Part shown: piece by piece, positions 1-9,900 of the stretch
Layout of the letters: every line of letters starts with the position of its first letter
Numbering within the stretch: position 1 is the first letter of the stretch
Virus record (IMG/VR): IMGVR_UViG_3300035533_000010
Span: 1 to 59,990 of that record
Origin: a virus
Length of the DNA: 59,990 nucleotides
Strand: one strand, 5' to 3'
The notes under the pieces: generated by a model
What the model was told of the DNA's origin: nothing
Databases searched by the model: none
What the model saw: only the letters and a program-made list of their open reading frames with translations
Position numbers and translations under genes: made by a program

Positions 1-127
1 ATGCAGAACAAGGTAGCACAGCTCAACGATATAGGCTATCAGGGCAAGACATGGGACCTTGACAGTACGCTCGATGCTTTAAAGGAGCATGGTCTGACCC
101 CTCAGCAGCACTATGAGCAATACGGCC
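1..127. repeat. Terminal overlap: nt 1-127 are identical to nt 59864-59990 (circular or terminally redundant molecule, unique length 59,863 bp)
   Basis: Direct comparison of both ends (atgcagaacaaggtagcacagctc...gagcaatacggcc) shows identity over all 127 nt. Identical 127-nt ends are typical of a circular molecule assembled with k=127. Confidence 0.95.
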
Positions 128-963
128 AATACGAAGGAGTGAATCACTACACGCCTTATGGCAACAGCCAGGAGGAGGCCAACCAAGCGCCTGGTCAGTC
201 TGGATCTGGACTAACGTCAACAACCCCCAGCTTGTATCCCACGCCGTTCAATATAGACGCCTATATGCAGAACAAGGTAGCACAGCTCAACGATATAGGC
301 TATCAGGGCAAGACATGGGACCTTGCCAGCACGCTCGATGCTTTCAGGGAGCATGGTCTAACCCCTCAGCAGCACTATGAGAAATACGGCCAATACGAAG
401 GAGTGAATCACTACACGCCTTACACGCCTTATGGCCACATCCAGGATACGGCCAGCCAAGATCCACCAGATGGCCACATCCAGGATACGGCCAGCCAAGC
501 GCCACCAGTAGATATTTTTCAGCCTGACAAATACCAGCAATCCAGATCTGGATTGCCCGAAGAATACCAGCTCCAAATTCTTGAAAGCCTGATTCCGAAA
601 CTTCTTGAATCCGTTGAGGGGTACGAAGGCAACATCGACAAATCCACCCAGGCGGCCCAGGAGCTTTTTGAAACTCAGTCCCGAAGGGGCATGAAAGATC
701 AGCTCCAGGGGATTTTGAACAGCCTGGCGGGAAGAAACATCCTTAACAGTTCCGTTGCCTCTGACGCAATTTCAAAAGGCATGGGTGATATTGTCCAGAC
801 CGGGGCGCAGAAGGGGTACGAATCCCAGATGAACAACGCAGCATTGAAGGCGCAACTCCCGGCAATGCTGGCTAATATTGCACAGTTGGGGCAATCTTCG
901 ACAAGCTCAGACCCGCTGGAACCGTATAAACTTTTATCGCAATATGACTGGAATCTGATGTAA
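1..963 (+). CDS. Repeat-containing virion/tail-associated protein, 3' part of the gene that starts at 59597 and wraps the junction
   Basis: It continues in frame from ATG 59597 (59864 is codon 90). It carries copies 2 and 3 of an ~88-aa repeat (YMQNKVAQLNDIGYQGKTWDL.STLDA..EHGLTPQQHYE.YGQYEG), a 13-aa tandem GHIQDTASQ.PP.x2, and a Q/S/N-rich C-terminal part. Confidence 0.7.
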   Translation: MQNKVAQLNDIGYQGKTWDLDSTLDALKEHGLTPQQHYEQYGQYEGVNHYTPYGNSQEEANQAPGQSGSGLTSTTPSLYPTPFNIDAYMQNKVAQLNDIGYQGKTWDLASTLDAFREHGLTPQQHYEKYGQYEGVNHYTPYTPYGHIQDTASQDPPDGHIQDTASQAPPVDIFQPDKYQQSRSGLPEEYQLQILESLIPKLLESVEGYEGNIDKSTQAAQELFETQSRRGMKDQLQGILNSLAGRNILNSSVASDAISKGMGDIVQTGAQKGYESQMNNAALKAQLPAMLANIAQLGQSSTSSDPLEPYKLLSQYDWNLM

Positions 964-2624
964 TGGCTGAAGACCAGAATATACTTGGTGGCCTTTCTGA
1001 TGTCAAAGGCTTGTTGGACGCAGGCAAGTGGTTGATGAATGCAGGGGGCGGGGCATCTGTTGGAACTGGTGGCCTTTTGCCCGGAGGGATAACTGCGTAT
1101 CAAGGCCCAGGCTCGGGAGCTGCGGTGGCAACTGGAAGCACGCTTGCGGCAGCAGCACCGTTTCTTGGCGTGGCGTCCTTTGTTTTGCCAAAGATACTTG
1201 GAGGTATGTTCGGGGACAAACCCAAAATCGGATTTTCCGGAACCCAACCTCTATATGGATATAACAACGGAAAGTATTATGGCCCACAGCAGGATAAAAA
1301 GACCCAAGCCAGTACAATTAAACCATCATCTGAAAAATATGATTATGTTGTCGGCGTCAGTGAAACAGGCAAAGATGGGGAAATTGAGAAGCAGTTAGTT
1401 GAGGCATTTGACCAATATTTCGACGTACTATCTTCACAAGGTATCCCTGTTAATGATCTACTGGCAAGAAATAAAAATTTTCGTTTTGGTGGGCGCCTTG
1501 ATAAAGGGACTACTCCTGAAAGTGTGCTCAATGATTTTATAGCTCATTCGTTGCCAGATATAGAAGCATATCAAGCTGGAGTGGAGCCACCCGAAAGACA
1601 GATTAGAGTTGAACCGAAGGGAACTGTAAATGGAATGGCTGGGCGCACTGCAGATGAAATGGGGATTAAGAATTCTTCCTATTCAGTGGTAGTGGGACCT
1701 GATGGTGCACAGAGAAACAAAACTGTACGTCTTTCTATAAATGATCCAAGAGTTGCTCTTATAAAGGCAGAGAAAAAAGGTCTTAGTGGCAGAAGCACCG
1801 AAGATTTACGTGGTTCGTTAACTCCTGGGTTTACATACGTTGTAGATGCATCTAAGTTACCAGGAAAAACTGCAGATGATCTAGGGCTATCTGGCGGGCT
1901 ACGTTACACAGTGCCAGACTCTGAGACTAAGGATACATCAAGCAAGGCCGGTGTGTTATCAAACGTCGGTGGTGATCAAAATATCACAGGGGGCATATTA
2001 AGCCAAAATGGAGGCAATATGAATTATTCTTACAATGCAAACGCTCCCACGGTCTGGGAAGACTATGTGAACTCTGTCTATGACCAGATGCTGTCTGAAA
2101 TGCAGAAGCAGAAAACAGGCATGACAGATGCTGTAACCAAAGCGCAGGAAGAAAGAGGATCGCTGTTGAACAATCAACAGGGGCTTCTTGATAATTTGAT
2201 TTCAGAGCTTTCCGGAAACAAAATGTCCCGGATGGTGGGAGGGCAAAAGGTCACCTGGACGCCGAAGCCAAACAGGGACACGGCTTTTGGCTTGTTTGAC
2301 AAGCAGAACACGGCCATAAACACCGGGATGGAAAACGCTAATCAGTCCATGCAGGAAGATGTGGCCTTGGCATCCAATCAGCCTGTTTTGAATTATCTGG
2401 AAAAGCTGAAAGAACTGGCCGATATGGAAACTGTTTTGTCAGCAAAAGACAAAGGGCTTGCGCTAAACCGGGATGAACTTCAGGCGAGAACAGACGCCGC
2501 AGAACCCGGTGTTCTTGATTACATCAAGGGGATCGGTACGGCAGGGGCCGGGATTTCAGATATCGTAGGTCTTGGCAAGGATGCGTGGTCAGGGCTGAAA
2601 AACATTGGCAGCAAACTTTTTTAG
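963..2624 (+). CDS. Hypothetical virion-associated protein (Gly-rich hydrophobic N-terminus, coiled-coil C-terminal half)
   Basis: 553-aa ORF. The ATG overlaps the upstream TAA by 1 nt (TAATG). It lies in the structural operon just upstream of the giant gene. No recognisable catalytic motif. Confidence 0.75.
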   Translation: MAEDQNILGGLSDVKGLLDAGKWLMNAGGGASVGTGGLLPGGITAYQGPGSGAAVATGSTLAAAAPFLGVASFVLPKILGGMFGDKPKIGFSGTQPLYGYNNGKYYGPQQDKKTQASTIKPSSEKYDYVVGVSETGKDGEIEKQLVEAFDQYFDVLSSQGIPVNDLLARNKNFRFGGRLDKGTTPESVLNDFIAHSLPDIEAYQAGVEPPERQIRVEPKGTVNGMAGRTADEMGIKNSSYSVVVGPDGAQRNKTVRLSINDPRVALIKAEKKGLSGRSTEDLRGSLTPGFTYVVDASKLPGKTADDLGLSGGLRYTVPDSETKDTSSKAGVLSNVGGDQNITGGILSQNGGNMNYSYNANAPTVWEDYVNSVYDQMLSEMQKQKTGMTDAVTKAQEERGSLLNNQQGLLDNLISELSGNKMSRMVGGQKVTWTPKPNRDTAFGLFDKQNTAINTGMENANQSMQEDVALASNQPVLNYLEKLKELADMETVLSAKDKGLALNRDELQARTDAAEPGVLDYIKGIGTAGAGISDIVGLGKDAWSGLKNIGSKLF

Positions 2625-2632
2625 GAGAAACT

Positions 2633-3928
2633 ATGGATTTCATGACACCCGCATCAGTACAAAACCTTCCCCGGTATATGGCAGAAGACCGGCAAAGGTC
2701 TTTGCTCCAAAGAGAGGAAGAGCGGTACGCCAAAGACCAGCAGGAAAGGAAAATGGTTGCTCAGTTCGGCATGGAGCTGATGTCTGTCCTTGATTCCGGC
2801 GGAGACGTCAAGGCGGGGCTGGATGGCTTGAAACAGAAATATGCCGGCAAGATGACACCTGACATGATGCAGCTTACGTCCAATATGGTGCAGCGGTTTA
2901 AGCAGGATCAGATTGCGCAGGAAGACCGGCAAAAACAGAACGTGCTTGAAACCACAGGCCTTGCTGATGCCGATGCAGCCAGTAGGATATTGGGGCAAAA
3001 GGCGGGGCTTATGGGTCCAGATTCCGCAGGCGGCACCGAATATTCGGTGCCGGTATCTCAGCAGGATCTTTTATTGAGCATGTCTCCACGGGGGCGGCTG
3101 GGTATGACTGAATCGCTTTTGGGGCGTCAGGACAAAGAGGCGGAGAGGGCACAACAAGCCAAAATGGACCAATCCCTTTTGGACTATAGAGCGGCGCAGA
3201 CTGAACAACTTGGCAAGCCCAAACGAACAGAAGCGCCAACTTCTTTTAGGGAATGGCAGCTTGCTGTCCAGAATGGGCACAAAGGCACCTACGAACAATG
3301 GGTCAAGGGCGATAAAGGCAGCATCACTCCAGGATCTTCAGAATACAACCTCAAAAAGCTCGAACATATTGCGGACGCGGAGAAAAACAACCTTACCGGC
3401 GAAGACCCTGCCAAGCTGAAGGCTATGGCTGCAACAGAGTTTGACGCCATGATGCAGGGTTGGCAAAAAGTTCACGACCCAGAGACGGGTCGGATGGGAT
3501 ATTTAACGCCCCAGGGCATCGTTGATGTTTATGGGAACCCGGTTGAGGCTGCGCCGGATGCCCCACCCCCCGGGCCAGACTCGGATAAGGGCGGTGGCAA
3601 AGCCGAAGGTCAGGGCCTTAATTTTGGTGGCGACCTTCCGTCTATTACCGACAATGACCAATTCCGGGGCAACATGGGCAGCCTTCTTGGCAAATATGGT
3701 GTCAACGAGTCAAAAGCCGTAAAGGATGCCTTAAAAATCACAAAGGGAGGCTTTAACCCCGAAAATGGCACAATTATTTTTAAGCCTCAAAATGAAAGCC
3801 ACATGAAGAAGGTTTTTATCGAACTGAGCAACAGTGGTATCAAGTTTGACGCAAAACAAAACGAGGACGGTACAATTTCCGTCTCTGTGGTAGATGAAGG
3901 CGAACCCCTTGTAAAGGTTGGGAAATAA
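2633..3928 (+). CDS. Hypothetical virion-associated protein, Q/E/K-rich
   Basis: I prefer ATG 2633 over the track start 2585. AGGAGA at 2623-2628 sits 4 nt upstream and this start removes the overlap with the previous gene (stop at 2624). 431 aa. Confidence 0.75.
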   Translation: MDFMTPASVQNLPRYMAEDRQRSLLQREEERYAKDQQERKMVAQFGMELMSVLDSGGDVKAGLDGLKQKYAGKMTPDMMQLTSNMVQRFKQDQIAQEDRQKQNVLETTGLADADAASRILGQKAGLMGPDSAGGTEYSVPVSQQDLLLSMSPRGRLGMTESLLGRQDKEAERAQQAKMDQSLLDYRAAQTEQLGKPKRTEAPTSFREWQLAVQNGHKGTYEQWVKGDKGSITPGSSEYNLKKLEHIADAEKNNLTGEDPAKLKAMAATEFDAMMQGWQKVHDPETGRMGYLTPQGIVDVYGNPVEAAPDAPPPGPDSDKGGGKAEGQGLNFGGDLPSITDNDQFRGNMGSLLGKYGVNESKAVKDALKITKGGFNPENGTIIFKPQNESHMKKVFIELSNSGIKFDAKQNEDGTISVSVVDEGEPLVKVGK

Positions 3929-6900
3929 ATGGCATCATGGCAAACGGGATGGCCCGGAGACAAGCAAAAGCCGGCCGCTTCAAATTGGAAATTGGGGTGG
4001 CCGACAGACCAGTCAGAAATAGACCAGGGGCCGGATCTGAAAATAATTGATCCGCTCCAAGAAGGCGCAAAGGATGTTGTGCGGTCCGGGCTTGGTGCGG
4101 CTAAGATGCTGGCCGATACAGCCCAGGGGTCTATGGCGGGTAATTTGAAAAAGGCCGTTTATGGTGCGGCAGACGCTGATATTTTAAAGCCGGACCCAGA
4201 CTATAAAAGGTCTGAGGGGTGGCGGGGATACGTTGAAGATGTCGTAAGGATGTCCCCCCAGGTAGGCGCACAATTAGGGGTTGCGTTGACACCTGGAGGT
4301 CTGGTTGGCAGCACCGCCTTTATGGGTTCGCAGATCGCTGGTGGAACATACGAAACCCTAAGAGAGCAAGACGTTCCAGTTGTCAGAGCAATTCAGGCCA
4401 GCCTTGCCAACGCTGCCATGCAAGCCCCGCTCGAAGCCCTTTCTTTGAACAGGGCGCTGAAGCTTTGGAAACCAACCAAAAAAGGCATGGGTGCGGCACG
4501 GGATATTGTTGGGGCAATGGGAACTGAATTTGTCACAGAATGGGCCCAGAAATACCCTGAATTGGCGACAGAGATATGGGCAAAAACAGAAGGTGCGCCA
4601 GCAGAAGACCGGGTGAACCAGTTTGTTGAACGATTTGCAGAGACGACGAAAGGCGGAATGTATGAAGGTGCGGTAGCTGCACCGTTTGGCGGTCTTGTTC
4701 GTGGTGCGTCTCTTGTTACGCAAAGAGGCGCAGAAGGACCACAGGTAGCCGGGAAAAAAGACCCCGCCCAAACCGCCATCGACTCCATCAACGGAGATCC
4801 CGAAGCAACCGCAGACGTTGACCGGAAATTGGAACAGATAATCGCCGGGGATACCCTGACCAAAGAAACTACCGATACCAGGGAAAGACCCTTTGATCCA
4901 TCCACCTACCAGGAAGCAGGCCTTGAGGATTGGGCCATGGCAACCCGGATGAACCAACCGCCCTTGACCCAGGCGCAGCAAAACGATGCCCGTATGCGCC
5001 AAATAGAAGCCGCTGACGAAGCGACCGGCAGGCAAATGGAGCAATGGCAGGGCCGGACAGTGGAAGTCCCTGAAACCGACCAGACAGAGTTTGGCAGACA
5101 GCAGGAAGAAGAATCCTATTGGGGCCAGCAACGCCGGGAGATTGAAAAACAGCAGGATGTCCGCAGGGTCCAGAACCAGTTAAATCTTATCAATAAGAAA
5201 AAACGCCCGTCCCAGGATGATCGGAAGAAAATCCAGGCCCTTGAATCCAGACTTATCGAATTGGCCGGACCAAAGGATAGGGTGAGACTGGAAGCGGCAA
5301 AACGACAGCGACAGATCGACCGTGAAGGCCAACCCAAACCCGCTCCGCCATCAAGCGAAACGGCTTACGCATTGCAGCAAATGAAAGCCGAAGCCCTTGG
5401 CAGCGAAACCAAAGGCGTTACTCAGGCCAATATGTTTCAGGATGAAACCATTGGTTTTTCTGCAAGTTCCCCCAAATGGATGCGGGATCTTAACGCCAAT
5501 ATGCCCAAAGGTCAGCTTTTTTCCAGAAAAGAAATAGCCGGGCTGATTGACAAATACACCAGCGGCCAGAAGATGACATCGAAACAGTTCGACCGCTTTC
5601 AACTTCTCAAAAATGCCGCAGACACATACCGCAAGACTGAAGGCGGCTATGTGTCCCAGGACATGGCAAACGACCTTGAGAGAAAAGGGTATGAAGTTTA
5701 CGCCGGCGCAGAATTTGAAGCCGGGGAACTGAAGCCAGGTGATAAGTTTGTGGGAGAGGTTGAAGGTGTCCGGGATGAATGGACAGTGGGAGACACCAAC
5801 GCAGATGGCGTGTTGATGAAAGACGGTGTTTCTAAACGTGTGGTGCCGTTTGATACTGTGAAAGTGGATGGGTATAAGCCGTTTGCCGGACTGGATCAGC
5901 AGATGGATGAGGCGGTTAAGGTTGACAATAATCTTGAAAAAGTAACGGATGATTCTGTTAAGGTTGACAATAAATCAACTGACAAGGAATCCTTAGATGT
6001 TCCGAAACAGCTTTTCCATGGCACGGCAGCCAAGGATTTTGAAACGTTTGAAGGAATACCGTATCTCACCGATAACCAGGAAGAAGCCCGTGCATTTTCT
6101 GAGGGCGTACATTTAGGCGGGGGTACCGGTGGAGCAAAAAGAGTTTTGCCGGTATCTCATAAACTCAACAAGGTTAAAGACATTGCCGGCAAGGTAGACG
6201 AGGCATTGTTTTTGGGGGAAGATATAGACGATGTTATTGGTTCTGAACTGAAGCAGGCCAAAAAAAATGGATATGATGCGGTTACATTCATGCACCCGCC
6301 AAGTGTCGGGGACAATGATTTCAGGGTGTACGTTCCAACCAGCAACGAGCTTGTAAGTATTGAAAAGACCACCCCGCCCACTGAGGTTCAAAAGGACACT
6401 GAGCAGCAGACCCCCGGTGCATCTGCTGACGGGGTGGCAACAAATAGATTGACCGATTTTTTAAAACAAGAAATAGGGTTAAAGTATGAAAAACAGGGCG
6501 CGACATGGCAAGATGTTGCGGCTTCTTTTTCAAAATCAAAAGACCCGTTCCGCTTTTATGAAGAAAGCAAAGATGAATTTCACCCTGATTCACACAAGGC
6601 AATATTCAAAAGGGTGGTCAAACAAGCCCTTACCGACAATAAACCCGTACCGCCCGAAGTGCTGAAGGATTACCCGGATCTTGCCCCCGCCACCTCTGCC
6701 GCAAGCGCAACGACAGGGGGCGTTTCTTCTAAAGCACAACCCGACATCCTCCCCAAATCCGGCAAACCCTTCCCCAACAAAGGCACTGCAAAGATGGCCC
6801 TTATCCGTGCCAAGGCAAAGGATACCCATGAGGTTGTGGAAGTTGATGGGGGGTTTGTGGGGAGGGCGAAGGGTGATCTGAAATTTCAGACCAGTGCTAA

Positions 6901-9900
6901 CAACAAAAACCTTGCCATCGTTCATAATCTGACTGGTGCAAATCTGAACCATGCCCTAAAGATGGGTGGCCTGCCTGTCCCGAGTACCGCAGTTATCGAC
7001 GTTGAAAAGTCAGAGTTCGATTCTTTTGGTGATATCACCCTGATTGCAGACAAAGATCAACTTGGCCCAGGGAAGGCCGGGAATAAATATTTCAATGCCG
7101 ATGTTTATTCTCCAAGGTATCCATCTGTTCAATATAAGCTGACGGCAAAAGATGAAAGAAATCTGGTTGATTTCCTGAATGACGCCTACAAGACTATTCC
7201 GAAACCGGAAACCGGCAGGATTGAAATTGACCACCCCATGAGCGTCGTCGGCAGCATGGACGGCAAAAGCGTTCTGGACCGGTTCACATTAAAAACATCC
7301 CCACTGGTTGAATATGCCTTCCTTAAAGAAAAGGGCAGGCTGCCGAAGAATGTAGATTATTCCGTGTGGGAATCCCGGCAGGCCATGAGAAAAGCCGTTG
7401 ATAAATTCGGCAGGGATAAGTTTGACGCATGGGTTGATCAGAAAATCGATACCCTTGGTATCCAGGAAGAAGAAAAGATATTCGACGGGTTCACGTATTC
7501 TGGCAACAGAAAATACCTAAAGCATGATCTTGATACGGTTGTCCGTATTCTGAAAAGAGAGTTGCAGGATGGAGAGGGGTTCAATTACGGGGTTCCCTCC
7601 ATTCGCTCAAAAGTGGCCAGGCAGTTCAGGACTGTCAAGCAGATTCAGGATAGCAGGGATGACATCATTTCCAAACAGGACATGGAAAAGGTCAAGGATG
7701 AGGTCAATAAAGAGTTTGATGAATTGTTCAATGAAGTTCAGCCATATCTGAAACATGCCCCCAGGTTTGGCGCACAGGATAATTTTTCTGAACACATTAA
7801 AGAGGCCATAGACGACCGGAATTTTGATGGCGTGTTTGGAGAGAACAGCGATTACTATGAACCAGGTGTTGATGTTGACGCGATCCGTGAGTTTGTTGGC
7901 AAACTTCAAAACCTTCCCACCGAATACTTTGAAGGGAAAATTCAAAGGGCAGTTGGCCTTGATGAGTTCGCTTATGCTATTGTTCCTGCCGGCACACCGA
8001 TAGCCACAAGAAGGAAACTTAACCAGCAAGGCATTAAGGTTCTGACCTATAAAAAGGGGGACCAGGCAGACCGGGCAGAGAAAATCAGGCAGGCGACAAA
8101 GACGGGTGGGTTAAGATTCCAAACCACCTACCACGGCACCCCCCACATTTGGCCCCCGGAACCCGGCTTCCCCCATGGCCGGCCCAGGCTGGATAAGATA
8201 GGGACCGGGGAAGGGGCTGCGGCTTATGGGTGGGGATTTTATACTGCCGAGGCGGCAGAAATCGGAGTGTACTACCACGAAGGTTTGTCAAAATCTCCTA
8301 TCCTGGAAACTGACAAATTCGACGGCGATTTCGTTATCCGTAATGGGCAAGAATATCCAATATATGAAACAGGAAAAAGCGAGCCGTATATCCTAACAGG
8401 CGGCACCTACAAACTTGATATCCCGGACCAAGTGATTCCAAAATTGCTTGATTGGGATGCGCCGCTGAGTGAGCAGAGTGAGTATGTCAAAAAGAAGATT
8501 GAACCAACCGTCAAACGCTTTGAAAAAGATATGGAGGCCAGGAACCCGGTTAACAGGAAAATAGCGAATGGTCAAGACTTATATAATTGGGTTCGGGCAG
8601 AAGAAAGCGATAAGATAGGGTGGGCGTCTTCACAACAGGCCGCCTCCGAATATCTCGCCTCCATCGGCATTCCCGGCAACCGCTATCTGGACGGCATGAG
8701 CCGTAATAGACCAACACAAATAAAGCGAGAGATCGGAGAAATAAAAGATACAATCCAAAAGCTAAAAAAAGAAGCTAAAGGAATAAAGCAAGAGATTAAT
8801 AACAACAGAGCGAACAAGGGATTGACGAAAAGATTCTTCACATCTCGTCAAACGAAAATCGAAGAAATAGAATCTGAAATAAAATATCGAGAATCAAAGG
8901 TTAAAGATTTAAAATCCGAGACTGGTAATTCAAACTATGTGATATGGGACCAGAAAGTACTCGACCAAATAGCCCTGCTTGAGCGCAACGGCGAAAAACT
9001 GGATGCAATCAGGAAGTTTCAGACTGGACAAACCCACGCCCAGTCTGGCAAACTAACCAAAAAGGAGAATACAAATGGCAGGACTCTGGCTGGAAAACGG
9101 GCTGCACCTTCAGATAAGCAACAGCGAAGCGAAAAGATTAGCTTCTCGGATGCAGAAAGACGGTTCAGCAACCTATTCGGATACCAAGATCCGGATGGTA
9201 CTACCCAACTCGTCAGAAGCATTACCAAAACCAATAGACAGGTCCAAAAGGTTGCGGAAGCATTAGGGCTTCAGGTCTTTTTCTTCAAGTCTGATCATCC
9301 CAAACTTTCCACAGCCAACGGGTTCACCAACAAGGGCGAGCGTGTTGTTTATATCAACGTCAAGGCCGATGATCCCCTGTTACCGATTGTCGGGCATGAG
9401 TTTATCCATCAGCTTGAGCGCAATCATCCGGATCTGTACGACTTCCTCCTGAACACTCTCAGGGTATCCGACAAAAACTTTGAAAGGTATGTTGCAACCC
9501 TTGTCAAATCCAGAGAAGGTCTGGACTTCGGGGAGTTGTCAGAAGCCAAGAAAGAAGAATTTTACGAAGAGTTTATTGGCGATTTTACCTTTGATCAGTT
9601 CCACAAAACTGAGTTTTGGCAGAAGCTTGTAAACCAGAACCGGACCATGACAGAGCGCATCATTGATGTTCTGCAATCCATCCTTGATAAAATCAGAAGC
9701 ATCTACCCCCGGGCAGAGATGTTTGTATCCAACCTGAGAGAATCGCAAGATGCTTTGGTTTCTGTTTTGGATGAGGTGATGGAGAGGGAGTTTGCGCCGG
9801 CACCGGGGATAAACAGCAAGGCATTCCGTGACTGGTTCGGTGACAGCAAGGTGGTGAATGAAGATGGTAAGCCGTTGGTGGTTTATCACGGCCGCTCCGA

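Noticed and set aside
4358-5131. Long antisense ORFs inside the giant gene (4358-5131, 4393-4905, 9539-9973, 12445-12993 and others)
   Set aside because: They lie wholly inside a continuous 11-kb sense ORF. Their products are low-complexity or Cys/Arg/Phe-rich, they have no SD, and they show typical shadow-ORF behaviour.
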